Part shown: positions 30,063-39,640 of the stretch, piece after piece
Layout of the letters: the number at the start of each line of letters is the position of its first letter
How positions within the stretch are numbered: position 1 is the stretch's first letter
The notes under the pieces: generated by a model
What the model saw: only the letters and a program-made list of their open reading frames with translations
The model's database searches: none
Told to the model about the DNA's origin: nothing
Source: a bacterium
GTDB taxonomy: Bacteria; Bacteroidota; Ignavibacteria; UBA10030
Assembly: GCA_043803945.1 (NCBI GenBank)
Contig: JAZDJN010000042.1
Coordinates: 42,821-106,820 of the forward strand
Length of the DNA stretch: 64,000 bases
Direction of reading: 5' to 3'
Made by a program: the position numbers and the translations under genes

Positions 30063-31460
30063 ATGAAATTTTCAATGTACCTTGCACTGCCTCTTCTCCT
30101 GATTTTCTTGTGCTCTTCCTGCTCGAGGAAGAATACCCAACGACAATTCACGGGGGCAGATGGAGAGATGAAACTCATAACGCTCGATCCCGGACATTTT
30201 CATGCGGGACTCATTCAGAAGGTGATGTATCCGCAGGTGTCTCCGGTCGTGTCTGTGTACGCACCCGTAGGCAAGGATGTGTTGGAACACTTGAAACGGA
30301 TCGAGGCCTTCAATACACGAACAGAGAATCCTACACACTGGGAAGAAAAGGTCTATACCGGCCCTGACTTCTTCGAAAAAATGCTGTCAGAGAAATCTGG
30401 GAACATTGTTGTGCTTTCCGGGAAGAATAGTAAGAAGGCGGAGTACATTAAGAGAGCGGTTGAAGCGGGCTTGAATGTGTTTGCCGACAAACCAATGTGC
30501 ATCGACTCGAAGGGATTTGAGATGCTCAAGGAGGCCTTTGCTGCAGCGGAACAGAAGGGAGTCCTTCTTTATGATATGATGACCGAACGTAGCGAGATTA
30601 CCACAATACTGCAAAAAGAGTTTATGCAATTTCCCGAAGTATTCGGCGACTTAGTACAGGGAACCGAGGAGGATCCGGCTGTAATCAAGGAGAGTGTTCA
30701 CCATTTCTATAAGAATGTGGCGGGGAAGCCGCTCATCCGGCCGGAATGGTTCTTTGATGTCCAGCAGCAGGGTGAGGGCATCGTGGATGTCACCACACAC
30801 CTGGTCGATCTTGTCCAATGGGAATGTTTTCCCGAGCAGCCGTTACGGCACCAGTCTGAGATCAAAGTGCTGCGCGCCAAGCGCTGGGCAACATCGTTAA
30901 CGCTCGATGAATTTAGCAGAATCACAGGTGCGAAGACATTTCCAAAATATTTGCTGAAGGATGAACAAGGCAAGAATCTCGAGATGTATAGTAACGGCGA
31001 AATTCACTATACAATAAGGGGAGTTCATACGAAGATTTCCGTTACCTGGAATTTTCAGGCCCCTGAAGGGGGAGGAGATACACATTTCTCTGTTATTCGC
31101 GGTTCAAAGTCGAATATCATCATCCAACAGGGTGAACAGGAACGATATCGTCCAGAGCTTTATATTGAGGCTTCAACGCCCGAAAAGCGGGAAGATGTTG
31201 GAGTGAGCATCGCACGAACCATCACACAACTGCAGCCCCGTTATCCGGATTTAGCCCTGGAAAAAGAGGGGAATCGATGGCATGTGATTATTTCGGATAA
31301 GTATCGGGTGGGGCACGAAGGACATTTTGGAGAGGTCACGGAGCGATACTTACGCTATTTGCGTGAAGGGCAATTGCCACCATGGGAAGTGCCGAACATG
31401 ATTGCAAAATACTATACGATCATCACAGCATATGAGATGGCTCATCGCGAGAATCGATAA
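30063..31460 (+). CDS. Gfo/Idh/MocA-like oxidoreductase lipoprotein (oxidoreductase C-terminal domain family)
   Basis: Lipobox-like LCSSC, LDPGHFHA, ADKPM, DMMTER, GEGIVDVTTHLVD; upstream TTGATT-N17-TACATT. Confidence 0.75.
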   Translation: MKFSMYLALPLLLIFLCSSCSRKNTQRQFTGADGEMKLITLDPGHFHAGLIQKVMYPQVSPVVSVYAPVGKDVLEHLKRIEAFNTRTENPTHWEEKVYTGPDFFEKMLSEKSGNIVVLSGKNSKKAEYIKRAVEAGLNVFADKPMCIDSKGFEMLKEAFAAAEQKGVLLYDMMTERSEITTILQKEFMQFPEVFGDLVQGTEEDPAVIKESVHHFYKNVAGKPLIRPEWFFDVQQQGEGIVDVTTHLVDLVQWECFPEQPLRHQSEIKVLRAKRWATSLTLDEFSRITGAKTFPKYLLKDEQGKNLEMYSNGEIHYTIRGVHTKISVTWNFQAPEGGGDTHFSVIRGSKSNIIIQQGEQERYRPELYIEASTPEKREDVGVSIARTITQLQPRYPDLALEKEGNRWHVIISDKYRVGHEGHFGEVTERYLRYLREGQLPPWEVPNMIAKYYTIITAYEMAHRENR

Positions 31461-31658
31461 AAAAAACAAGTACCGTATCGTCTGCAATACTTATGAAAAC
31501 AATGGCGAGAGACGATTTCTAATTGTGGGAAAATCCTTCATCCTCCAGTCTCCAGCAATTGGTGTCTTTTGCATTGCATACGACTTATTACTTTAGTAGC
31601 TTCGACCCTAAAATTTCTGATCTGAAACGATCTGTAACGAACGATGGGTATTCAATTG

Positions 31659-33872
31659 ATGAAGCGACTCTTCTTCCTTGCCATCCTGCCCTGTGTACTC
31701 TTTGCCCAGGGGGTGGATATTCGAGGCGTAATCTCCGATTCAACGACAAAAGAAAAAATTCCATTTGCAAATATTTATATTCTTGGAACCAGCAAAGGAG
31801 CTAATGCAAATGTCGATGGATTCTATCTGATTGCCAAAGTACCGGTTGGGACCTATGAAATTGCGGCAAGCGCAATCGGGTATGGACGAAAAGTAGTGAA
31901 GGTCACTGTCAGCGGCAACGCTCCTATTGTTCTGAATTTTCTCCTTCCATCACGGGCAGTGGAATCGGAAGAAGTCCTTATTTCGGGCTCAAGAAAATTC
32001 GACCGGGCTGAGATGCGTGTCAGTACCCATGTGATCGAGAAAGAAGATGTGCGGCAGGTGCCTATGCCGGTCCAACCGGATATCTTTCGATCATTGAAGA
32101 TGCTTCCTGGGATCGTCTCAACCAGCGATGTTAACTCCCAATTTCATGTACGCGGCGGAGCGGGGAATCAAAATTTAATCCTGTTCAATGGGATTAAAAT
32201 CTATAATCCTTTCCATGCATTTGGTATCTTCAGCCTTTTTGATCCCGACATTATCCGCAGTACCGAGGTATTTACCGGAGGATTTCCACCCGGGTATGGG
32301 AATCGGCTCTCGTCTGTCATTTCCATGTCAACCAAAGATGGTCGCCGTGACGGAATCGGCGGAAAAGCAAGCGTGAACTTTATTTCGGGAAAACTCATGG
32401 TCGAAGGGCCGCTCCCAAAAGATGCATCTTTTGTCGTCAATGGACGCCAGTCTCTTTTCTCAAGCACCTTCAAACGGTTTCTTGATAAGGATGTACCTCT
32501 TTCCTTCTATGATTTTTTCATCAAAGGTTCTATGCCGCTCGGCGGAGAGGCGTACTTCCGTACTCATGCATTGCTGACCTCCGATGAACTCAATTCACCG
32601 AATATTGAAATGCCATCATACCGTTGGCGCAATAAAGCGTTTGGGATATCACTTTCAGGGTTGTTTATGGACCGCTCCTATTTTTTTACCGAGGTGCAGT
32701 TGGATGAGTACTACGCTGAGAGCAGGCCGAATCACTCTCAGGGAACACCGGCTTCCACAAAGGTGAAGGATGGGTGGGTACGAGCTGAAGCAACATACTA
32801 TACCGATACTCAGGATCAATTATTTGCCGGCTTTGAAACATCCATGATGAACTTCGAGAATGAATTCACCAACAGCTATGGTGTCAAACGCACCCTCGAT
32901 GATAACTTGTTTCAAATGAATGCATGGATGCGCTTGCAGAAAACGATGAAAAACAAACAAATTGATTTTGGATTCCATGTAGATATCCCGAGACTATTCA
33001 AATCGATTCTGGGCAGCGGGTTTTCCATCTACGATATCCAACCTCGCATGAATTTGAACTACACAATTGCATCGTGGCTCCGATGGAAAGCGACTTACGG
33101 ATTCTTCACACAAAAAATCGTAACCATCGCAAATGAGGATGATGTCATTTCTCTCTTCGAATCTTGGATGCCAATACCGGGGGATCTTAAGATCGAGCAG
33201 TCGCAGCATGTTGTTATTGGCATGGAAGCATCACCAACGCCATGGATCGTCACCACGCTGGAGGGTTACTATAAAGACTTTGGTTCATTGGTGAGTTACA
33301 ATAGAGAAAAGGTTGATGCGAATGATCCGGATTATATTAATGCCACAGGGAATGCGTATGGGGTGGAGGCACTGCTCCGGTATGGCGATCGGATGATCGA
33401 CCTTTACCTGACCTATTCTTTGGCCTTTACCACCATCGATGCAAATGGATTTGTCTATCCACCGCGCTACGATCGAAGGCATAACATCAACGCTATGATC
33501 GTTCTTCATCCCATACCGCGGCTCGACGTTTCATTCCGCTGGGAGTTTGGCAGCGGGCTTCCTTTCACACAATCGTTCGGCTATTATGACCGTTTCTCGT
33601 TGCCAAGGATTAACGAAGGAAGTATCCTCAATGAAACAGGCAAGCCATATCTTGTGTTGGGAGAAAAGAATGCCGCCCGGATGCCTGCATTCCACAGGCT
33701 CGATATCAGCGGAAACTATAGATTCTCCATCAACGCCATCCAGGTGAATCTGGGAGGAAGTATCATTAATGTCTACGACCGGAAGAATGTTTTTTACTTT
33801 GACAGGAAATCAGGAAAACAGATCAATATGCTCTCCTTCTTCCCGTCACTAATGATAGAGATGGAGTTTTAA
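31659..33872 (+). CDS. TonB-dependent receptor with carboxypeptidase-like N-terminal domain
   Basis: Signal peptide, IRGVISDSTTKEKIPFANI, plug (VRGG..QN...YNPFH..G..S.F), YDRRH, RLDI, C-terminal F. Confidence 0.9.
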   Translation: MKRLFFLAILPCVLFAQGVDIRGVISDSTTKEKIPFANIYILGTSKGANANVDGFYLIAKVPVGTYEIAASAIGYGRKVVKVTVSGNAPIVLNFLLPSRAVESEEVLISGSRKFDRAEMRVSTHVIEKEDVRQVPMPVQPDIFRSLKMLPGIVSTSDVNSQFHVRGGAGNQNLILFNGIKIYNPFHAFGIFSLFDPDIIRSTEVFTGGFPPGYGNRLSSVISMSTKDGRRDGIGGKASVNFISGKLMVEGPLPKDASFVVNGRQSLFSSTFKRFLDKDVPLSFYDFFIKGSMPLGGEAYFRTHALLTSDELNSPNIEMPSYRWRNKAFGISLSGLFMDRSYFFTEVQLDEYYAESRPNHSQGTPASTKVKDGWVRAEATYYTDTQDQLFAGFETSMMNFENEFTNSYGVKRTLDDNLFQMNAWMRLQKTMKNKQIDFGFHVDIPRLFKSILGSGFSIYDIQPRMNLNYTIASWLRWKATYGFFTQKIVTIANEDDVISLFESWMPIPGDLKIEQSQHVVIGMEASPTPWIVTTLEGYYKDFGSLVSYNREKVDANDPDYINATGNAYGVEALLRYGDRMIDLYLTYSLAFTTIDANGFVYPPRYDRRHNINAMIVLHPIPRLDVSFRWEFGSGLPFTQSFGYYDRFSLPRINEGSILNETGKPYLVLGEKNAARMPAFHRLDISGNYRFSINAIQVNLGGSIINVYDRKNVFYFDRKSGKQINMLSFFPSLMIEMEF

Positions 33873-33981
33873 TAATGCATCGACATAAGCCTATCGCGTC
33901 GAAGGAGAGAATAGTTCCATGAGCATGAGTCCAGGAAATTCTATGAAAGAGTGTTTCATTGCAGATGAGGGGAGCAAGTGA

Positions 33982-34932
33982 ATGAAGAAACCAGTTATTG
34001 CCATTATTGCCCTATTATGCTTCTTTAGCGGCTGCAAGGAGACATTTTCACCCAGTGCGCCCTTTGAAAAGCGTTTGGTGATCTACAGCCTGATGAATAC
34101 CAATCAGAGCCGTCAATTCGTCCGAGTAGCCACCTCCTATGATGCTGCGAATTATGATCCCTACATGCAACTGTCCGATCCGCAGGTTGTCAATGCAGCG
34201 GTCGAACTGAGTGATGGAAAGGTAAAAGTATTACTGCATGACACGCTTGTTACGCGGGACGATACTTCGCGTTATCATGATAAGATTCATGCTTATGTCG
34301 CAGATGACTTTAAACCACTTCAGGGGAAGACGTATTCTCTCACAATTACAGCACCGGAACAGGGGAAGGTTGTAGCTTCAGTGGCAATTCCTGAAAGGGG
34401 ATATCTTACGATTACAAGCTATGGACCGTTGATCTCCCTCCTTTCAACGAGTACTGTGATCCAAGGAAGTGCCCGGCTTGCAGGCGGTGCCTATGGTTAT
34501 GTGGTAAGGATGTTCATCGACTATGAAGTTAAAGAAAGCAATGGCACATGGCTCCAGTATCGTGCGGAGATGCCAAGTGTTTATGATTCTACTGATGGAG
34601 ATAATAAGAAATGGTATCCGCAATACAAGAGAAATCTTAATCGAGTCTATCCATCGTCAACTATACTCTTTGGATTTGCGAAGGAACCGTACGTTGGACT
34701 TGTTACTCGGGTGCTAGACAAGTACAGCAGACAAGACATTCGAAACACGACGGCCTGGTTCTATCTCTATCAGATCGATAAAAACCTGTATAACTATTAC
34801 AGTATCGCCAATAACTTTCAAGATGAATATTCGATCAGGGTCGATATGCCTGATTATACAAGCATTAAGGGTGCGTACGGAGTCTTTGGGGGTGTATCCG
34901 TCGATTCCCTTTCAATCTTGCTGCGATGGTAG
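33982..34932 (+). CDS. DUF4249-like lipoprotein (TonB receptor partner)
   Basis: Lipobox FSGC; C-terminal YTSIKGAYGVFG motif; directly downstream of the receptor. Confidence 0.75.
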   Translation: MKKPVIAIIALLCFFSGCKETFSPSAPFEKRLVIYSLMNTNQSRQFVRVATSYDAANYDPYMQLSDPQVVNAAVELSDGKVKVLLHDTLVTRDDTSRYHDKIHAYVADDFKPLQGKTYSLTITAPEQGKVVASVAIPERGYLTITSYGPLISLLSTSTVIQGSARLAGGAYGYVVRMFIDYEVKESNGTWLQYRAEMPSVYDSTDGDNKKWYPQYKRNLNRVYPSSTILFGFAKEPYVGLVTRVLDKYSRQDIRNTTAWFYLYQIDKNLYNYYSIANNFQDEYSIRVDMPDYTSIKGAYGVFGGVSVDSLSILLRW

Positions 34933-35293
34933 AGCTTTTAACAATGCGTTGGGATTTGGCATCTCCCAATCCGGACGTTATCTCCGGCATTTTCTTTACG
35001 ATGGATTCAATGCCGATCTGAAGGGCCGGATTGTTTTCGATGGCCTGGATGCTCATGTTGGTGGATTTTCTTGGTTCCATATCCCCTTTTCACGGTTACA
35101 ATCGGAGCGTGTGAAAAACCATGATCCCAGACCCTCTCTCGAGGAGCGATATAAAAACGAAGAGCATTACCTCCAGCTTATCGACCGCTCAATCAACGAT
35201 CTGGTAAAAAGAAGATTTCTGCTTCAAGACGATGCTCCGGCACTTCGGGATCGGGCCCGACAATATTGGAAGTTCACGACGACAGTCCAATAG
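34933..35293 (+). pseudogene. Relic of an alpha/beta-hydrolase-domain protein, lacking its start and internally deleted
   Basis: GISQSGRYLRHFLYDGFNAD..GRIVFDG core joined directly to the C-terminal IPF...DPRPSLEERY...LVKRRFLL motif. Confidence 0.6.
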
Positions 35294-35354
35294 CAGGGCG
35301 GTCGTTCTCCGTACTCTTCTCCGTAACAATTACCGGAGTTCAAGACATCCTTGC

Positions 35355-36269
35355 TTAATAGAAGAGTGAATCGTCGGAGTCGATATTCTTCCTTTGATAT
35401 CCTCGTTTTGCCTTTTGTCCTGATTTCAGTATTCCAGATAATCCTTCCCAATCATCGTTCTCCAGGCATTTTTGGATCCGCCTGGATATTTTTTCGTACC
35501 TCTCGAATGCCATCTGAATATTTTTTTTATTCGCTTGGAGAATTCCTATCATCATTTCTGGTGATGATGCCGCCAGGCGTGTACCGCTTTCAAAGCCGGT
35601 TCCGATGAAGGGCAAATGGTCTTTCGTTACTTTCTTCCAGCAGGCAGAAACCAGAGTGGTGGCCAGAAGATAGGGGAGATGACTTGTGTAAGCCAGAGTG
35701 CGGTCATGTTCCTGAGGGTCAACCTCAATGGGTATTGCATTGATCTTTTTGATTATGGTTTTAATAAGTTCCAGATCCCTTTTCGATCGGTTGGTGTGAT
35801 TCATAAGGCTGAGGAAAAAATATCGATGGCTGAAGAGCTGGGCGTTCCACCCATGGTGCCCGATATGTTCGGTTCCCGCCATTGGGTGGCCGCCGATAAA
35901 TCGTGTTCTTCGATGATGCCGGTGGATCCAGGAAAGAATATCAACCTTCGTGCTTCCCAGATCCATGACAAGAGGAGAACTCCGGCTCTGGCGCAACTGC
36001 TCAATGTAGTGGTGCATGTGATGAACAGGGGTGGCGAGAATGATGAGATCGGTTTCTGGCGGGCGTTCATCGAACGGTACGACACGTATTCCCAGACGCC
36101 GTTGTGCGTGGCGGTTCACTCGTGAATCAACATCCCATCCCGAATACGTTTGAAAAATCTTATTCTTCTGCGAAGCGAGAATGAACGATCCGCCTATTTG
36201 TCCCAGGCCAACCACAAAGAGATGTTTTGGGAGTCTCGACTCTGAAAGATTGTTTCGCGTTGTGCTCAC
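35355..36269 (-). CDS. tyrA: Prephenate dehydrogenase
   Basis: VGLGQIGGS, DLGSTK, GGHPMAG, EHDRTLAYTSHLP, TRLAASSP. Confidence 0.92.
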   Translation of the reverse strand: MSTTRNNLSESRLPKHLFVVGLGQIGGSFILASQKNKIFQTYSGWDVDSRVNRHAQRRLGIRVVPFDERPPETDLIILATPVHHMHHYIEQLRQSRSSPLVMDLGSTKVDILSWIHRHHRRTRFIGGHPMAGTEHIGHHGWNAQLFSHRYFFLSLMNHTNRSKRDLELIKTIIKKINAIPIEVDPQEHDRTLAYTSHLPYLLATTLVSACWKKVTKDHLPFIGTGFESGTRLAASSPEMMIGILQANKKNIQMAFERYEKISRRIQKCLENDDWEGLSGILKSGQKAKRGYQRKNIDSDDSLFY

Positions 36270-37291
36270 TGCTTCAGGCCTTTGTGTTGTGAGTGCATCT
36301 GCTTAAGTTTTTGCATCATGGATGTAAACATTGGAAAATCCAGACTCTGAGGACCGTCAGACTTTGCCCTCTCAGGTTCTTTGTGTACTTCCACCATCAC
36401 GCCATGGGCTCCGACAGCTAATCCAGCGCAGGCGAGTGAAGGAACAAGGCTTCGATTTCCCGTCGCATGGCTCGGATCGATAATGATCGGAAGGTGCGAA
36501 AGTTGCCGAATTAACGGAACGGCTGAGATATCGAGTGTATACCGGGTTGCTGTCTCAAACGTCCTGATTCCGCGTTCACAGAGAATGACATTATAATTTC
36601 CTCCCTTAAGTATATACTCAGCTGCTAACAAAAATTCTTCAATGGTCGCCATTGGTCCTCGTTTTAAGAGTACGGGTTTGTCGATTGTACTGACTTCATT
36701 AAGGAGGGCGAAGTTCTGCATGTTTCTGGCGCCGATCTGAACGATATCGGCATAGCGTGCCACGACCTCCACATCCTGTGGAGAGAGGACCTCAGTCACA
36801 ACGGGCAGCCCGGTCTGTCGGCCTGCTTCGGAAAGGTACTCAAGCGCTTCAACTCCCAACCCCTGGAAGCTATAGGGTGACGTCCGTGGTTTGAATGCGC
36901 CGCCACGGAGGATGTGAGCTCCCTGGTCCTTTACGAAGTGAGCTGTTTCAAGAATCTGGTCGCGTGATTCTACCGAGCAAGGGCCGGCAATAACCGTGTA
37001 CGTATCCGCACAGATGGTATGTGTCCCGAGGGCAATGGTGGTATCGTCATATTTAATATCTCTTGAAGCAAGCTTGAAGGGCTTCGTGATGGTGATGACA
37101 TTTTCTACGCCGGCAAAGACTGAGAGATGTGAACGGAGAGCAGATCGTTGATCGCCGATTTCTCCAATCAGCCCAATGATGGCATTGCTTTCACCCTGTG
37201 AGAGGTGAGGGCGAAAACCGTTTTCTTCGATAAAGGCAATGACATTTTGAATTTCGTGAGGTTGCGAACCTCGTTTCATAATGACAACCAT
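36266..37291 (-). CDS. aroF: DAHP synthase type I-beta with N-terminal ferredoxin-like regulatory domain
   Basis: [45 protein letters not shown]; start set at MVVIMK behind an AGAAGGAG RBS. Confidence 0.93.
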   Translation of the reverse strand: MVVIMKRGSQPHEIQNVIAFIEENGFRPHLSQGESNAIIGLIGEIGDQRSALRSHLSVFAGVENVITITKPFKLASRDIKYDDTTIALGTHTICADTYTVIAGPCSVESRDQILETAHFVKDQGAHILRGGAFKPRTSPYSFQGLGVEALEYLSEAGRQTGLPVVTEVLSPQDVEVVARYADIVQIGARNMQNFALLNEVSTIDKPVLLKRGPMATIEEFLLAAEYILKGGNYNVILCERGIRTFETATRYTLDISAVPLIRQLSHLPIIIDPSHATGNRSLVPSLACAGLAVGAHGVMVEVHKEPERAKSDGPQSLDFPMFTSMMQKLKQMHSQHKGLKQ

Positions 37292-37295
37292 AGCA

Positions 37296-37673
37296 TTAAC
37301 TCCTTCTGACTGATTGGTGTTGAACCAGATCAGGCCGTAATTGTTTGGCCTTTCCGATGTATTGATGGCGTATTTGATCCGGCCTCTTGTCGATGTGTGC
37401 AAAAACCAACATCCGCAGAAGTTTCCGCGGCGCATCGACCACATCCATCTCCTGTGAACAAAGAAATGGAATAAACCGATACTCAGCTTTTCTGCTGATG
37501 CCAGCCGGAAATGCGGCATTGAGGTCGGTCGTTGCAGTAATAAAAATTGCACAGAGGTCATCCGGTTTAAGCCGGTTCGCCCTCAAGAGTGCCTGAAGTA
37601 ATCGATCGGAAGAATGCAGTATCGACTCCTTCGAATTTTCCTTCACGTAAATAGCTCCGCGTATTCCTCTCAT
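37296..37673 (-). CDS. aroH: Chorismate mutase, AroH class
   Basis: MRGIRGA, T.DLNAAFPA, QEMDV, H.YIG.AKQLRPDL; GAAAGGAG RBS. Confidence 0.93.
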   Translation of the reverse strand: MRGIRGAIYVKENSKESILHSSDRLLQALLRANRLKPDDLCAIFITATTDLNAAFPAGISRKAEYRFIPFLCSQEMDVVDAPRKLLRMLVFAHIDKRPDQIRHQYIGKAKQLRPDLVQHQSVRRS

Positions 37674-37691
37674 AGTGACTCCTTTCTGGTT

Positions 37692-37732
37692 AAAAACAAA
37701 GAAGCCCTTCCTGGTGTTTCCAAGAAGGGCTT
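37692..37732 (-). terminator. Intrinsic terminator (attenuator) in the aroH leader
   Basis: AAGCCCUUCUUGG-AAACA-CCAGGAAGGGCUU, a 13-bp stem with one G-U pair, followed by CUUUGUUUUU, just upstream of the aroH RBS. Confidence 0.88.
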
Positions 37733-37755
37733 TTGATTAGAGATGAATTGTAGTG

Positions 37756-37848
37756 TTATGCCATTCTCTTGCCACCAGGGTGTAATGGTGAGGTCGCGTA
37801 ATAATAATACGCGTATCGGACTACGTTATACTTGGTTGCCTTTGTCAT
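37756..37848 (-). CDS. Tyrosine-rich leader peptide (30 aa) of the aroH-aroF-tyrA operon
   Basis: ATG ACA AAG GCA ACC AAG TAT AAC GTA GTC CGA TAC GCG TAT TAT TAT TAC ... TAA = MTKATKYNVVRYAYYYYATSPLHPGGKRMA; 6 Tyr; below the ORF-track size cutoff. Confidence 0.82.
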   Translation of the reverse strand: MTKATKYNVVRYAYYYYATSPLHPGGKRMA

Positions 37849-37888
37849 TGTCGTTTCGAATGAGTAATCTGTTTCACATCTCATCTAC

Positions 37889-37917
37889 ACAGTAAAATAT
37901 TTTCAACCAAAATTCAA
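37889..37917 (-). promoter_or_regulatory. Sigma70-like promoter for the leader-aroH-aroF-tyrA unit
   Basis: TTGAAT-N17-TACTGT with AT-rich upstream tract. Confidence 0.55.
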
Positions 37918-38473
37918 GTAAAAAAACCAAAAGGGTAATTATTCTGATTAGTTTGATGGCCACTACAGCAGCCAACCTTGCCTTTGATAATAATCCATAA
38001 TACTTTCTCCTAGAACAACACTCTTCGACGAATGGCGGACATTCCTTTGGGATTTGTTAAGGGTTTGTTTCAGTGTGGAAGTGGCGCCAAATTCTATTAC
38101 TTCTTTAGTATCCTGCGCAGCGGGGATATTCATTAGCGCCGATGGTAAAGTGTCCATGACTATAGAAAAAACGATGAGCCAGCTTCTCGGCCACCCACCA
38201 GGCAACCGATCACCGGCTCATCAAGAAGGAGGAGAGGACACTGGCGTGCCCCTCACTAGAAAAAACGGGTGTTTGCGGCAAAAGTTGTCCTATGCTTAAA
38301 TATTTCTTCACTCAGGCGTTCCATAACTGAGACGGTTATTATGCATGAATTGGCTGGATTTCTTGTTGCGGCAATTCCCGATTGGCAAACTTGCCTTTCA
38401 TCTGAATCTCTCTTAGTTTCTGCCGGGTATTGGAGCCTAATGATCGTGGCGAATTTGCCAATTGAGGTCAACG

Positions 38474-38719
38474 ATGAGTATTGAAGAGCATGGTATGCTA
38501 GAGACAATTCTGAAAGAAAAGGGATTTATGAAAGATTTATTCGATGCGATCCCCTTTCCAATATTCATCGTCGATTCGGATGTGAATATTCTCTATTGGA
38601 ATTTTGCCGCCAACGGGATGCTGGGTGAAGAGCAGGTTCTCAAAGTCGATGTTGGATTTACCCATGGGATTTGCCCGGATTGTGTTTCCAAGTTGTCGCC
38701 AGCGAGTGCGAAAAATTAA
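38474..38719 (+). pseudogene. Internally deleted PAS-domain protein relic
   Basis: PAS start (LFDAIPFPIFIVDSD..ILYWN.AA) fused directly to a C-terminal FTHGICPDC motif; the intervening PAS/PAC and the first CxxC are absent. Confidence 0.55.
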
Positions 38720-38903
38720 TCGGTAGATATTGCTGACACAGTTCTCTGACTCTCAGTCTCTCATAATATTCCATGTCATAGAGTGACATACTCACAACTT
38801 CTCTTAAGACATCAATGAAATCCTTTTAAGCACTGGTTCTGATTCCCTGCGGTATTCGGAATAAGAGAGAACCGGATTAATCCACAACGCACTCAGGGAT
38901 TCC

Positions 38904-39611
38904 ATGACAAAGGCGATTGCTATTGTAACAGGAGGCTCCTCCGGGCTTGGATTGGAAATCGCACGACTACTTCTCCAAAAAGATCTTCATGTCTGCATTG
39001 TTGGCCGTTCATCGAAGAAATTGGCGACAGCACGACAGACACTTGCGCATCATGCCGGAAGAGGTACGTTGATCTCATTTCAGGGGAACGCTGCCCATGA
39101 AGAAGATGTGGCCTCTATGTTTTCCATGCTTACTGAGCAAGGATATCAGGTTACCCATGTCGTTAATTGTGCCGGACAGGGATTTTTCGGTGAACCAGAC
39201 CAAACAGACCAATACATCATCAATGAAGTCTTTGACTCAAATCTGATTAGCCTGATGCTTGTCTCGACTTATGCCCTTCGTGTAATGAAAGAGCAGGGTG
39301 GTGTTATTCTCAATGTGATGTCAACATCGGCTCTTGTTGGAAGAGGGAAAGAGACGGTATATTGTGCGGCGAAGTGGGGTGCTCGAGGGTACACCGAATC
39401 CTTGAAACTTGCTCTCCAGGGATCGAACATTAGTGTCATTTCGGTCTTTCCCGGCGGAATGAAAACGCCATTTTGGGAGAATCATCCTGAGCGGGCAAAT
39501 GACGTTGCCGCCTTTATGGATCCCGCAGAGGTTGCAGAGCGGATCATTGATGCCGCGTTCAATATCAAGACTGGGATAATCAGCGATCTGGTGATACAAC
39601 GAAAACGGTAA
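38904..39611 (+). CDS. Short-chain dehydrogenase/reductase
   Basis: TGGSSGLG, NCAG, YCAAK catalytic motif, PGGMKT. Confidence 0.9.
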   Translation: MTKAIAIVTGGSSGLGLEIARLLLQKDLHVCIVGRSSKKLATARQTLAHHAGRGTLISFQGNAAHEEDVASMFSMLTEQGYQVTHVVNCAGQGFFGEPDQTDQYIINEVFDSNLISLMLVSTYALRVMKEQGGVILNVMSTSALVGRGKETVYCAAKWGARGYTESLKLALQGSNISVISVFPGGMKTPFWENHPERANDVAAFMDPAEVAERIIDAAFNIKTGIISDLVIQRKR

Positions 39612-39640
39612 TTCCTAATTAGCCCTGGAGGAGCAGTCCC

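Noticed and set aside
37292-37561. 90-aa N-terminal extension of aroF in the ORF track
   Set aside because: It overlaps aroH in another frame, and a good RBS precedes ATG 37291.
37674-37890. T-box riboswitch as the aro operon control (GGTGG present)
   Set aside because: The sequence is UGGCAAG, not the UGGNACC bulge, and no stem I AG/GNUG motifs were seen. The Tyr-rich ORF explains the leader better.
37963-38507. Short ORFs 37963-38205, 38054-38299, 38256-38507 and 38269-38484
   Set aside because: They overlap each other, with no RBS or motif support. Possibly decayed sequence.
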